A stretch of DNA of 64,000 bases, from IMG/VR virus record IMGVR_UViG_3300037847_007805, positions 1 to 64,000 of that record. One strand, given 5' to 3'. This DNA comes from a virus. Position numbers and translations under genes: made by a program. This document shows positions 1 through 9,424 of this stretch, piece by piece. Below the pieces are notes generated by a model that saw only the letters and a list, made by a program, of their open reading frames with translations, made no database searches and was not told the DNA's origin. Numbering within the stretch: the stretch's first letter is position 1; each line of letters opens with the position of its first letter.

Positions 1-314
1 GCGATAACATTTTAGGACGGAAAAGTTTTTTAGGGGAAGGTTTGTATTGATGAGTTGAGGGAAGGTTAAGGCGAAAGAAAAAAAGAATGAAAAAAGAAGC
101 TGTTTAAGACAGGGAAAGTTGTATCTTGGACAAACTACACGGGCAAACAGCCCAAACCCCCGCAGAAAGCCTTAAAATAGATATAGATGCCGAGTACACG
201 CAGGACAAACACAGACGTAGCGTAGTGAAGGAGTGCCAACGACTGAACGAAGCGGTTGGGGGAAGGTAAAGGACAAGTGCGAACAGAAATTTCGTAAAAT
301 AAATGCAGATATAT

Positions 315-345
315 TTTGTCGAACCAAAAACCTTTTGTATATTTA
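315..345 (+). promoter_or_regulatory. Bacteroidota-type promoter (-33 TTTG, -7 TATATTTA variant)
   Basis: TTTG at 315-318, 19-nt spacer, TATATTTA at 338-345, upstream of the first operon. Confidence 0.5.
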
Positions 346-369
346 CAATGTAATCATAAAACTGAAACG

Positions 370-492
370 ATGAAATTAATTACTGCAAGTAAACTCGGAA
401 AAATAATCAATAAACTTCAATGGTGGCTCATCTATAGTGCAGGGGCTTACTTTATTGGTAGATTTTCTATTGGATTAATCTTTGATATTTAA
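370..492 (+). CDS. small membrane peptide (40 aa, not in ORF track)
   Basis: MKLITASKLGKIINKLQWWLIYSAGAYFIGRFSIGLIFDI, between the promoter and the 496 ORF. Confidence 0.55.
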   Translation: MKLITASKLGKIINKLQWWLIYSAGAYFIGRFSIGLIFDI

Positions 493-495
493 TAA

Positions 496-891
496 ATGAA
501 AATACAGGTTTCAAATGGAGAACTTTTAGACAAACTTTCAATTCTCTCCATAAAAAAACAAAAGCTAAAAGGAGATAAACTCGAAAACGTAGAGAAAGAG
601 TATAAATATCTTCAGAAAAAATATGATGCTCTTTATGTAACTATTTCCCCCGTAGTAAGAAATGAATTTGTAATGTACAATACTGAACTCAAAATAATAA
701 ACTACAAACTTTGGGAAATAGAAGATGATATAAGGGAGTGTGAAAAAGAAAAAAACTTCGGTAAAAGGTTTATTGAACTTGCAAGACAGGTTTATAAAAC
801 AAATGACGAAAGAAGTAAAATAAAGAAAATTATAAATCTATTAACTGATTCCTCTTTTGTTGAGGAAAAATCCTATCAAGATTATGACTGA
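496..891 (+). CDS. DUF6165-like protein
   Basis: VSNGELLDKLSIL...INYKLWEIEDDIR...ARQVYKTNDERS...EEKSY pattern. Confidence 0.8.
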   Translation: MKIQVSNGELLDKLSILSIKKQKLKGDKLENVEKEYKYLQKKYDALYVTISPVVRNEFVMYNTELKIINYKLWEIEDDIRECEKEKNFGKRFIELARQVYKTNDERSKIKKIINLLTDSSFVEEKSYQDYD

Positions 892-1063
892 AAGTGAATT
901 ACATGACTTGCTAAGAAACATAGCTATAAAGAATAAAGCGAATGTTAGAACACTTGTTCAGGCAGGATTAACTAAAGAGCAATTTGATTTTGCGATTGGC
1001 TTTTTAATTTTATCTTTGAGGGAAACAAAAAACGAATTTTTAAATCAAAAACTTATAAAATAA
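884..1063 (+). CDS. hypothetical protein
   Basis: ORF in operon; ATG at 884 overlaps the end of the upstream gene. Confidence 0.55.
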   Translation: MTESELHDLLRNIAIKNKANVRTLVQAGLTKEQFDFAIGFLILSLRETKNEFLNQKLIK

Positions 1064-1067
1064 TAAT

Positions 1068-1373
1068 ATGAGAGTAACAGGAAACATTAAAACCATTTTA
1101 GACAAAGTAAGCGGAGAAAAACGAGATGGTTCAGGAACATGGGAAAAGCAAAGTTTTATTGTGGAAACCAATGAAAATTACAACAACATTTACTGTTTTG
1201 AACTATTTGGGGCAGACAGAGTAAGCGTATTAAACTCCAAATTCGCTGTAGGAAGCCCTATAACGGTAGATTTCAACATTAGCACTAATGAGTATAAGGG
1301 AAAGTATTATACGTCCTTACAAGCGTGGAAATTGACTGAAGCTGATTTTACTGACCAAGATTTAGTAGGATAG
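1068..1373 (+). CDS. DUF3127-family OB-fold ssDNA-binding protein
   Basis: GTWEKQSFIVET...CFELFGAD...EYKGKYYTSLQAWK, acidic tail; typical of Bacteroidota and their phages. Confidence 0.85.
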   Translation: MRVTGNIKTILDKVSGEKRDGSGTWEKQSFIVETNENYNNIYCFELFGADRVSVLNSKFAVGSPITVDFNISTNEYKGKYYTSLQAWKLTEADFTDQDLVG

Positions 1374-1375
1374 TT

Positions 1376-1759
1376 ATGGGGGATAAGTATAGTTTATTAC
1401 AGGAAGATTTAAACGAGTTTGAACTCAAATGTATTGACCCCATCATAAAGGGATTATCAAATAAAATCGGAAAAGAAAATGCTGTAAGCAATAACTACAT
1501 CATTGATAAAATGAATAAGTTTGGCTACATAGGGCTTACTCCACCAAGAGTTAGAAAAATCATAAATCATATTAGAAATAATAATCTTTTAATGTGCGTT
1601 TGTGCAAATTCTAAAGGTTATTTCCTTCCAAAAAATATGAAGGAACTAAATGATTACATGGACACCATGGAAAAGAGAATTAACTCTCAAATTAGAACTT
1701 TTGATAAATTAAAAGAGCAAAGCGATATGCTTAAAAATTACCACAGAGAAAATGTCTAA
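1376..1759 (+). CDS. winged-helix DNA-binding protein
   Basis: PRVRKIINHIR...CANSKGYF pattern. Confidence 0.6.
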   Translation: MGDKYSLLQEDLNEFELKCIDPIIKGLSNKIGKENAVSNNYIIDKMNKFGYIGLTPPRVRKIINHIRNNNLLMCVCANSKGYFLPKNMKELNDYMDTMEKRINSQIRTFDKLKEQSDMLKNYHRENV

Positions 1760-2090
1760 AAAAAGAGTAAAAGAAAGAATAGAGATGTATTCTGAAATCA
1801 GTAAAATGAAAGAAGTGAAATTCTATCAGTTTACAGTTCTCTATCATAGGAAAGAAAAAATTTGGTTTCTATATTTAGAATACTCAAATACTGAAAAAGA
1901 AAAAGATAGTGAAGAAATGGTAACTTACAATATCAAAGAAATGGAATGTTTTGATGGAAAGGGTTGGTTAAAGATTAGTCAGGATTTCACGGAAGAAGAT
2001 TTTAAAAATGTTTTTGATGAATGTGAAAAATCTAAATTTAAAACTAAAGGTGTAAAAATTTATTCAAGAAATGTTTTGAAAGTAGTTTAG
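1752..2090 (+). CDS. hypothetical protein
   Basis: overlapping ORF in operon. Confidence 0.6.
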   Translation: MSKKRVKERIEMYSEISKMKEVKFYQFTVLYHRKEKIWFLYLEYSNTEKEKDSEEMVTYNIKEMECFDGKGWLKISQDFTEEDFKNVFDECEKSKFKTKGVKIYSRNVLKVV

Positions 2091-2306
2091 GTGAAAAGAG
2101 TTCCTTTAAAACAAATAGAAAATTATTTTAAAGACGTTGAGTTTACCGATGACCATATTCAAATAGACCAATGTACTACAGTAACAAACATTGAGAAATT
2201 TTATAATACCCATCTTGAAACATTAAAGAAAAATAGCGGTAACAAACTTTTCATGCCATTTTACATGAGATTATTAAAATTATATTACTTCTATAAAAAC
2301 CATTAA
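2091..2306 (+). CDS. hypothetical protein (DUF6965-like)
   Basis: IENYF...IQIDQCTTVTNIEKFYNTHL...PFYMRL resembles a small Bacteroidota protein family. Confidence 0.55.
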   Translation: MKRVPLKQIENYFKDVEFTDDHIQIDQCTTVTNIEKFYNTHLETLKKNSGNKLFMPFYMRLLKLYYFYKNH

Positions 2307-2313
2307 TAAAAAA

Positions 2314-2384
2314 ATAAGAAAATTATAAGACAAAATATAATTGATATTCAGTAACTTAAATAATCTTATAAGAAAACTATAAGA
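2314..2384. repeat. 17-bp direct repeat pair ATAAGAAAAYTATAAGA
   Basis: copies at 2314-2330 and 2368-2384, intergenic. Confidence 0.6.
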
Positions 2385-2400
2385 ATCTAATAATAAAATT

Positions 2401-2619
2401 ATGAAGTATTTTTTCATCTTTTCCTTTTTGTTTTGTATAAATTGTAAAGCCAATTATGATTTAGATAAAGACCCAAATGTTTTATATTGGGAAATCATTG
2501 ATGATAGTTTGCATATTTATACTAAGCAAGATTCTATCCGAGATGAATTAGAAAGATGGAGATATAAAGATTCAATTTATAGAGCCGATTCACATGATAC
2601 TAAAATAAATAAGTTATGA
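2401..2619 (+). CDS. hypothetical exported/lipoprotein-like protein
   Basis: hydrophobic N-terminus ending in Cys. Confidence 0.5.
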   Translation: MKYFFIFSFLFCINCKANYDLDKDPNVLYWEIIDDSLHIYTKQDSIRDELERWRYKDSIYRADSHDTKINKL

Positions 2620-2771
2620 AACACTTTTACAACAACGGATTAGAATATATTAGAAAAGAACCTGATTATCAAGGAAGGTCTGAAAGACAAATTATTTCAA
2701 ATTATAAAATCACTTTTTTTTCAATTATTGGTTTAATCTTAACTATTTTTTTTATCTTTCTTCTTAAATAA
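2616..2771 (+). CDS. small membrane protein (51 aa, not in ORF track)
   Basis: ATGA overlap; C-terminal hydrophobic helix ITFFSIIGLILTIFFIFLL. Confidence 0.6.
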   Translation: MKHFYNNGLEYIRKEPDYQGRSERQIISNYKITFFSIIGLILTIFFIFLLK

Positions 2772-2772
2772 A

Positions 2773-2877
2773 ATGAATTTAGCTTTTTTACACCCTTGTC
2801 CCATTTGTATTTCTATAGGTATAGCTTCATACTTTGGGTATAAATTCATCAAAAAAAAGAATGCGAAAAAAGAATAA
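2773..2877 (+). CDS. small membrane peptide with HPCPIC (34 aa)
   Basis: MNLAFLHPCPICISIGIASYFGYKFIKKKNAKKE. Confidence 0.5.
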   Translation: MNLAFLHPCPICISIGIASYFGYKFIKKKNAKKE

Positions 2878-2962
2878 TTTTTTACACGAAGTTCTTGACC
2901 TACTTGTTTTTCTACTTGTAGTAGGTTTTATATATTTATTCTTTACTTTTACTTTTTCTCTT

Positions 2963-3835
2963 TTATAAAGACACAAGCATATCTAAAAGTTCCTGTTGGG
3001 GAAAACAATCAAATTTATCTTTTCTTGTATTTGTGTGTGTCCAAATACCCTTAACCTTTCCATAGTAGGCATCTGAATTAAATTCAAAAGCTGAAGCCCC
3101 TTTTTGTTTTACTAAAGCAGGTAAACCCTTTCTAATATCTATTGAATCTCTTTCTCCAATAAATTTTAAAAGTTTTTCAAGTGATTTTATTTGCAAGTTT
3201 GAATATCTGTGCCAAAATTTATATCCCTTAAATTCTTTATCTAATTCCACGACCTGATTAGGAGATGCAGTTTGCCCTGCATAAGTTTTGCCATTTTTTA
3301 TATACCCAAAGTTATTTAATTCTATACCTACACTATGGGTATGCATTCTTTGGTTTCCATTTTTTCCTAAATGCCAAGCATAATGACCTGTTGGGAAAGC
3401 CTGAACAATCACTCCGTCATACATAAGTTCTGTTGGCTTTTTAATGTTTTGTCCACCTATAACAAATTCTGTCGCTATCATACCTCTTGAATCCCTGCCC
3501 CATCTATCTATTGTTTTGAATGGATTGTTCCAACCTGCTGTATGATGGATAAAAATATATTCTTTACTTGTTTTTCTTGTGGAGTATTCACCATGAGGTA
3601 AATAATGCTTTTCATAAAGTCCGTTTTCTCGATGATAAGATTCGTCTGTATCTATATTTTCTAAAGCACTCCAAGTTTTTTTTCCTACGATACCATCAGG
3701 TTTAAGACCTACAGAAATTTGAAAATTTTTAACTGCATTCTCTGTCCCCTTCCCAAAAACACCATCATCATTTATACCTAATAGTTGTTGAAGCTGTTTC
3801 ACTTCTTTTCCTACGCTGTTTATTTTTAGTATCAT
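2963..3835 (-). CDS. endolysin: peptidoglycan-binding domain + N-acetylmuramoyl-L-alanine amidase (Amidase_2)
   Basis: VKQLQ...DGVFG...DGIVGKKTW (PG_binding_1); IHHTAG, AWHLG, SVGIEL, THTN.RKDKFDC Zn-amidase motifs. Confidence 0.9.
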   Translation of the reverse strand: MILKINSVGKEVKQLQQLLGINDDGVFGKGTENAVKNFQISVGLKPDGIVGKKTWSALENIDTDESYHRENGLYEKHYLPHGEYSTRKTSKEYIFIHHTAGWNNPFKTIDRWGRDSRGMIATEFVIGGQNIKKPTELMYDGVIVQAFPTGHYAWHLGKNGNQRMHTHSVGIELNNFGYIKNGKTYAGQTASPNQVVELDKEFKGYKFWHRYSNLQIKSLEKLLKFIGERDSIDIRKGLPALVKQKGASAFEFNSDAYYGKVKGIWTHTNTRKDKFDCFPQQELLDMLVSL

Positions 3836-3898
3836 AATAATTTTTTTTAAATAAAGGTAATTAGTTCCTAACCCTGTAAAAGAGATTAACTCTTTACG

Positions 3899-4108
3899 TT
3901 AAAACTTTTTATCCTTGTTATTTTTGATAAAAGAACTTAACGATGTTAGCAAAGTATCGGCACTAAAACACATCATAGTTCCAAATACTAATAGAATAAC
4001 GAAAATCCAAAGCTGTGCGTGAGCAACTTCTAATAAATAGTAGAAAGCTACTCCATAGGTAATTAAACCTATTAGCGTGGTTTTCCATTCTTTTAATTTA
4101 CTACCCAT
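3899..4108 (-). CDS. putative holin
   Basis: WKTTLIG start, two TM helices, basic C-terminus, directly upstream of the endolysin. Confidence 0.7.
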   Translation of the reverse strand: MGSKLKEWKTTLIGLITYGVAFYYLLEVAHAQLWIFVILLVFGTMMCFSADTLLTSLSSFIKNNKDKKF

Positions 4109-4134
4109 AATTATAGTTTTAAAGGTTAATGGTT

Positions 4135-4190
4135 CAAAGATAATTTATTTATCTTTTTTTATGTAGTAAATCTTATATTTTTTATATTTG
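4135..4190. promoter_or_regulatory. divergent Bacteroidota -7 promoter elements
   Basis: TATCTTTG on minus strand (4135-4142) toward holin/lysin; TATATTTG on plus strand (4183-4190) toward 4217. Confidence 0.6.
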
Positions 4191-4216
4191 GTAATAATAT
4201 ATTTTAAAGCAAAAAG

Positions 4217-4426
4217 ATGATTAATCTTGAATTTGAAACTTTTGAAGAAATCGCTGAAACCTTATCTACTGTAGGTAATGCGATAAATGATACGCTGAAT
4301 AAAAATGAAAAGATTACTGAATTTACTATCAAGGACACTACATATACTATAGATACAGAAAGTGATATATTTAAAGCAGGACTTCTTTACGGTCTATCTA
4401 TTTCTAAAGACATTTCAATCACTTAA
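4217..4426 (+). CDS. hypothetical protein
   Basis: ORF following promoter. Confidence 0.55.
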   Translation: MINLEFETFEEIAETLSTVGNAINDTLNKNEKITEFTIKDTTYTIDTESDIFKAGLLYGLSISKDISIT

Positions 4427-4429
4427 CAT

Positions 4430-4470
4430 TTATTTTAAAAAATAATTTTTTTATTTTAAAAAATAATTTT
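4430..4470. repeat. tandem AT-only repeat TTATTTTAAAAAATAATTTT x2, possible operator
   Basis: copies at 4430-4449 and 4451-4470 upstream of the HTH gene. Confidence 0.45.
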
Positions 4471-4511
4471 ATTTTTGGAAATAATTACGTTAATACGCAA
4501 ACAAGAAACTT

Positions 4512-4721
4512 ATGGCTATTACTAAATTACAAATGATTCTGCGTAGCAGAGGTTTAACCCAAACAGATTTATTTCATTTAATAAACGATTCTCCCTTTAA
4601 AAATATCGGACAAGACAGAATTAATAAGTTGGTTCTTGGAAAACAAAAGAATTATACTATTGAAACTGCAAAAACGATTTCCAATATACTTGGGGTAAAA
4701 ATTGACGATATTGTGGATTGA
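4512..4721 (+). CDS. XRE/Cro-type HTH transcriptional regulator
   Basis: RGLTQTDL...TIETAKTISNILGVKIDDI. Confidence 0.8.
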   Translation: MAITKLQMILRSRGLTQTDLFHLINDSPFKNIGQDRINKLVLGKQKNYTIETAKTISNILGVKIDDIVD

Positions 4722-5356
4722 TGATTTTATTAGATTTTTTAAAACAGTTTACTGATAAACCAAAACTCCATGGTGATATATGGTTTTATATATTATGCAG
4801 AACCCATAATAAAATAAGTATCATTGAAATAATGAGTTTATATAAGGTTTCTAAATCTTCTTTATATAGGATTTTTTCTATATATAAATCTGAAATAGAA
4901 TCCGATGAAGAAATAATAATTTTTTATATAAAAAACTCTTATATATATTCCCTGTCAGAATATAAAAAAGAAAAGCTAAAAAAACCTATACCAAAAAAGG
5001 TAAAAAATATAAAAGTCGAATCTGAAGATGTAAATAATATATATATGGAAATTATATCGTATCTTAATAATAAAAGCGGTAAAAGATTTTCATATAAAAA
5101 TCAGCAAACAAAAAAATATATAAATGCAAGAATTAAAGAAGGGTATATATTAGATGATTTTAAAAAGGTTATTGATATAAAATGTTTAAAGTGGCTAAAC
5201 TCGTCAATGGAAGATTATTTAAGACCACAAACTTTATTTAGTAATAAGTTTGAGGGATATATAAATGAAACTCTTAAAACAAAAAAAGATACAGTAGATA
5301 AAGCAAATGAAACAATTAATAAAGCAAAACAATTCGATTGGGACTTTGATTCCTAA
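4721..5356 (+). CDS. replication initiator-like protein (conserved phage C-terminal domain)
   Basis: IISYLNNKSGKRF...INARIKEGY..DDFKKVID.K...W....MEDYLRPQTLFSNKFEGY. Confidence 0.8.
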   Translation: MILLDFLKQFTDKPKLHGDIWFYILCRTHNKISIIEIMSLYKVSKSSLYRIFSIYKSEIESDEEIIIFYIKNSYIYSLSEYKKEKLKKPIPKKVKNIKVESEDVNNIYMEIISYLNNKSGKRFSYKNQQTKKYINARIKEGYILDDFKKVIDIKCLKWLNSSMEDYLRPQTLFSNKFEGYINETLKTKKDTVDKANETINKAKQFDWDFDS

Positions 5357-6113
5357 TATATCCAAAACAAATGTAGGGATATATGATGCGTATAAAAATG
5401 AGAAAAGAATAGAAAGTTTCAATACCAATGCTCAAATGAATAGATTGGTTGAACTTTTAGGTCAATGGTCTTTTTATTTAGGCTTATCAGAAAAAGTGTC
5501 TGATAAAGAACTTATTTTAAATGCACAGTTTATAAAAGAAAACTTTGGTGCATTGAATTTATATGATATAAAAGAAGCTATGAAAATGTCCGCTACAGAA
5601 AAATTAGGAGATATTGAGCATTACGGAAAACTATCGCCTTTATTTATTGGTAAAATTTTAAATGCATATAAATCCAAAAGAAGCGAAGTAATTGTAACAA
5701 TAAACCAACAAGTTCAAAAAATAAATTTTTCAAAAGAAAATAAAAAGCCTACTGAAAAGGAAAGCATAACTAATATGAAAATTATTTTACAAACAGCTTG
5801 GGACACGGTAAATGTGGAAAAAAAAACTTACTTGGATTTCGGTGATTGTGTTTACAATTTTATAAAAAAGTACAAATTAGTTTCGGTAAATGATAAATTG
5901 GTAGGTGAAGCCATGAAGTATGCTGAAGCCAAAATTAGAGAAGAAAAACACAACTCATCTTTAAAGTCAGTAATTAATAATACTGCTTTTAAAAAACTTG
6001 ATAAAGAAAGTTTAAAAAGAAAAAAAGCAAGGGAGTTTATGGTAAATAGTTGGCTTAAGGCAAAAAGCAAATCTTTTATGGATAAATTTTTGAAAGAGTT
6101 AAAATATCATTAA
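5307..6113 (+). CDS. replication-associated protein (possible helicase loader)
   Basis: follows the initiator; DIKEA...HYGKLSPLFIGKILNAYK. Confidence 0.45.
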   Translation: MKQLIKQNNSIGTLIPNISKTNVGIYDAYKNEKRIESFNTNAQMNRLVELLGQWSFYLGLSEKVSDKELILNAQFIKENFGALNLYDIKEAMKMSATEKLGDIEHYGKLSPLFIGKILNAYKSKRSEVIVTINQQVQKINFSKENKKPTEKESITNMKIILQTAWDTVNVEKKTYLDFGDCVYNFIKKYKLVSVNDKLVGEAMKYAEAKIREEKHNSSLKSVINNTAFKKLDKESLKRKKAREFMVNSWLKAKSKSFMDKFLKELKYH

Positions 6114-6418
6114 TGGTTATTGAAGGATATATTTTTGATAAAATAAATGTTTCTGAAAAGGTTACGCAAATTGTAATGCGTAAAAAACATAAGGATAGAT
6201 ATAACTATATCTGCTTTGTAGCTTTTGGTTGGGTGAGGGAAAAAATAGAAGAACTTGATTTAGACCAAAAAGATAAAGTGAGAATCGAGTATTATATAAA
6301 AAGCAAAAAATGGAATGAAAGATATTCTACCGATGCTATTATAGAACAAATTGAACTAAAAGAAAGAAGGACGAATCAAATCAGGGTTGATTTTGAAACA
6401 GGAGAAATTTTAGAATAA
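6113..6418 (+). CDS. second OB-fold/SSB-like protein
   Basis: ICFVAFG...KVRIEYYIKSKKWNERYST resembles 1068..1373; C-terminal DFETGEI. Confidence 0.55.
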   Translation: MVIEGYIFDKINVSEKVTQIVMRKKHKDRYNYICFVAFGWVREKIEELDLDQKDKVRIEYYIKSKKWNERYSTDAIIEQIELKERRTNQIRVDFETGEILE

Positions 6419-6419
6419 T

Positions 6420-7073
6420 ATGGAAAACAAGAAAAAACATCAGTTTTTAGTTGGCATACCTACAATAAATAGGGCGGATTTGCTCAATGAGGTTTTGCCA
6501 AAGTATTATGAAGATTTCTATAAGAATGATATTTTTATAATTGATAATGGAAATCAAAACATAATCGAAAGAGAAGAAAAATTCCATTTACTCAAACCAA
6601 ATAAAAATTTAGGTGTAGCTAAGAGTTGGAATAAAATAATTGAAAAAGGAATAGAGTTAGGTTATCAGCGTGTTCTTATTTTAAATGATGATGTTTATTT
6701 AGGAAAGCACAGAAAAGATATAGAAGCCCTGATAGAAAAATTTTATCATGCAGATATAATTCATTCAACAAAGAATTTTTGTGCTTTTGTAATATCTACT
6801 TTTGCATATCAGATGTACGGAAAATTTGATGAAAACTTTTTCCCTGCATATTTTGAAGATAAAGATTATATGTATCGGTTGAAAATTGAAGGGGGATATT
6901 GCATTGAATCAGAAGAATTAGACCCCGAAGTTTATAGAAACAGCATGACAATCAAAAAAGATATTGAACTCAATAATGACTTTGGTCTGAACGAGAGGCG
7001 ATATATTTCAAAATGGGGTGGATTGCCAAACGAAGAAATTTTTAAAACACCTTACGATGAAAAGAAAAATTAA
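6420..7073 (+). CDS. glycosyltransferase family 2
   Basis: GIPTINR, IIDNG, NLGVAKSWN, LNDD, FDENF.PAYFEDKD. Confidence 0.85.
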   Translation: MENKKKHQFLVGIPTINRADLLNEVLPKYYEDFYKNDIFIIDNGNQNIIEREEKFHLLKPNKNLGVAKSWNKIIEKGIELGYQRVLILNDDVYLGKHRKDIEALIEKFYHADIIHSTKNFCAFVISTFAYQMYGKFDENFFPAYFEDKDYMYRLKIEGGYCIESEELDPEVYRNSMTIKKDIELNNDFGLNERRYISKWGGLPNEEIFKTPYDEKKN

Positions 7074-7224
7074 GCATGAACATATTTTTTGTACACTTTT
7101 TTTATTTTGTGCATCTTTAATTATTATTTTAGACAACTACTTTATTGAGTTGTTTTGGCTGTTTTGTTATTCAATTTGGCTACTTTTATATTTTGAAAAG
7201 AAAAAAGATAAATTTTTTGAATGA
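7057..7224 (+). CDS. small membrane protein
   Basis: two hydrophobic segments; ATGA overlap with the next gene. Confidence 0.5.
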   Translation: MKRKIKHEHIFCTLFLFCASLIIILDNYFIELFWLFCYSIWLLLYFEKKKDKFFE

Positions 7225-7892
7225 GTAATTATATTAATAAAACTTTGATTTTGGCTCTTGCTATAGTTTGCATAATCCTTTTTTATAGGTCATGTGAAAT
7301 ACAAAAAGATTATGAAAGGGTTGCGAGTGCATTAACTATTTCTGATTTAAAGAACCAAAAATTTGAAACAGAATTAAATAAAAAAGGTGAAGAAATATCT
7401 ACACAAAAGCAACTTATTCTTTCACAAGAAGAAGCCCTTGAAAATAACTTGTTGGAAATAGAAGAATTAAAAAAATATAAAAAAATTCAAAGTAAAACCA
7501 CAGTTAAGACCGTAACACAAATAGATACTGTTTTTGTTGCCTTTAGCGAAAACCCAACTGACAGTATAAAAATGCCGATACCTGATGGTTTTTTCAGATA
7601 TTTTGATTATCAAGAAAAAGATAATTGGTATTCATTTTCAGGAACAGTAAGTGATTTAGGGCTTACAATGTATGATATGAGTATTACAAATAAATACAGC
7701 CTTTTAATTGCTGATAAGAAATTAGGCTTTTTCACTAAGCCTGAACCCCAAATAGTGCTTACTAACGAAAACCCATACACCTCAACAATTTCTATGAATA
7801 ATGTGCAAATAGATTATCAGTTGCCATTTTATAAAAAAGAATGGTTTTGGTTTGCCTTGGGTAGTGCAACCACTATTTTTATAACCAAATGA
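7221..7892 (+). CDS. membrane-anchored coiled-coil protein (possible Bacteroidota phage spanin-like)
   Basis: N-terminal TM, coiled coil, IDTVFV, NENPY, PFYKKEWFW + C-terminal TM. Confidence 0.5.
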   Translation: MSNYINKTLILALAIVCIILFYRSCEIQKDYERVASALTISDLKNQKFETELNKKGEEISTQKQLILSQEEALENNLLEIEELKKYKKIQSKTTVKTVTQIDTVFVAFSENPTDSIKMPIPDGFFRYFDYQEKDNWYSFSGTVSDLGLTMYDMSITNKYSLLIADKKLGFFTKPEPQIVLTNENPYTSTISMNNVQIDYQLPFYKKEWFWFALGSATTIFITK

Positions 7893-7971
7893 GAGAAACA
7901 AGAAACTTTATAATTAGGGTTATTATTTTATTTATTATATCTCTATTTATAGCATTTTACACACAATAAGC

Positions 7972-9162
7972 ATGAAACAATTACTCTATTTTGGAGATTT
8001 TGATTGTACGACAGGATTTGGAAATGTATCAAAAGAATTAATAAGTCATTTTTCTAAGGAAAATCTTTTTATAACAGTATTTGCCACTAACAACCATTCT
8101 AAAGAACCATATAATTTTTCTGAAAACGTATATGTTATTCCTGCCCTAAAAACAAGAGATGGTGATGACGATGATTTATATGCAAGAAAATCTTTTCTTA
8201 AATTAATCTACAACGGAAATTACGATTTAGTTTTTTGCTTGAATGATTTAGAAGTGATAAATGAACTCACTAAACACCTAAAAGAGGTAAAGTTTGCAAA
8301 ATCAAAAGCAAATAAAAAATCTTTTAAAACAGTATTTTATTTTCCTATTGACAGCCCTATACGAAAAAAAGATTTAGATATTTTATCTTTCGTTGATGTA
8401 TCTGCTACTTATACAGATTATGCAAAACAAGAAGTAAAAAATCACTTAGGATTTAGCAACAGTTTTAAAAAGTTAAAAGTAATTCCTCACGGAGTTAGTT
8501 CAACTTTTAAAAAGAATGGAATGTATATAAATAAAAATTTTACTTTCGGAAGCGTTAATAGAAACTCTGTAAGAAAAGATTTTGGAACTTTAATTTATGC
8601 TTTTAGTTTGTTAAAAAAGAAAAAAGAATATCAGGATTCAGTTTTGAAATTACATTGTAATCCTCTCGACCCTTTTGGTTTGAACCTATATCGTTTATGT
8701 CAAAGGCTTGAACTCGAAATTGATAAAGATGTTTATTTTCCTGAAGATTTTAACGAAAATAAAGGGTTTTCCGAAGAAGAACTCAATAAATTTTATAATT
8801 CTTTAGATTGTTTTATAACAACTACTACTGCTGAAGGTTGGGGGCTAACTGTTCACGAAGCAATGGCTTGTGAAACTTTAGTAATATGTCCCATGCACAC
8901 CTCTTTACAAGAAATAACTAATCAAGGAGAAGCTGTTATACCAATTTGGGATAATTCACCAACAGTTTTTAAAGATGACTTTGAAAAAATAAGATATGTT
9001 TCAAATGCCTATGAGGTTGAAGAAGCGATGATAGAAGCTATTAACATGACACCTTCGGTTAGGGCAAAAAAAATTTTAGACGCAAAAAAAATTGCATCTA
9101 AATATAATTGGAAAAAGACAGCCGAAATGTTTTATGGACTAATTCAAAGACAAATCGGCTAA
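7972..9162 (+). CDS. glycosyltransferase family 4 (GT-B)
   Basis: TGFGNVS, VIPHGV, NRNSVRKD, EGWGLTVHEAMAC. Confidence 0.9.
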   Translation: MKQLLYFGDFDCTTGFGNVSKELISHFSKENLFITVFATNNHSKEPYNFSENVYVIPALKTRDGDDDDLYARKSFLKLIYNGNYDLVFCLNDLEVINELTKHLKEVKFAKSKANKKSFKTVFYFPIDSPIRKKDLDILSFVDVSATYTDYAKQEVKNHLGFSNSFKKLKVIPHGVSSTFKKNGMYINKNFTFGSVNRNSVRKDFGTLIYAFSLLKKKKEYQDSVLKLHCNPLDPFGLNLYRLCQRLELEIDKDVYFPEDFNENKGFSEEELNKFYNSLDCFITTTTAEGWGLTVHEAMACETLVICPMHTSLQEITNQGEAVIPIWDNSPTVFKDDFEKIRYVSNAYEVEEAMIEAINMTPSVRAKKILDAKKIASKYNWKKTAEMFYGLIQRQIG

Positions 9163-9168
9163 ATCTAA

Positions 9169-9288
9169 TTACCTTTTGAATACTCCGACTTTGTAAGCTA
9201 CTGCAACTACACCAACAAGAATTAAGGTGTTGTGTACGTTATTTCCACCTAACCAATTCGGGCTTTTAATGTCAAAAAATCCGTTCAT
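9169..9288 (-). CDS. small membrane protein (39 aa, not in ORF track)
   Basis: MNGFFDIKSPNWLGGNNVHNTLILVGVVAVAYKVGVFKR; minus-strand TAGATTTG at 9315-9322 upstream. Confidence 0.65.
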   Translation of the reverse strand: MNGFFDIKSPNWLGGNNVHNTLILVGVVAVAYKVGVFKR

Positions 9289-9416
9289 TGTATTTTTTTT
9301 AAATGATTGATTAACAAATCTAAAAAGTATTACTTTATTTTTATTGTTTAAAACAAATTATATCTGCAAAAATCTTTGAAAATCTATTTTATAATTTTTA
9401 ATTGATTCGTTTATAT

Positions 9417-9424
9417 TAAATTTG
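9417..9424 (+). promoter_or_regulatory. Bacteroidota -7 promoter element TAAATTTG
   Basis: in AT-rich intergenic region before the long plus-strand operon. Confidence 0.5.

Noticed and set aside
3856-3865. AGGTAATTAG-like word also near 9170 (minus) and 59319
   Set aside because: Short, AT-rich, inconsistent context; could be chance
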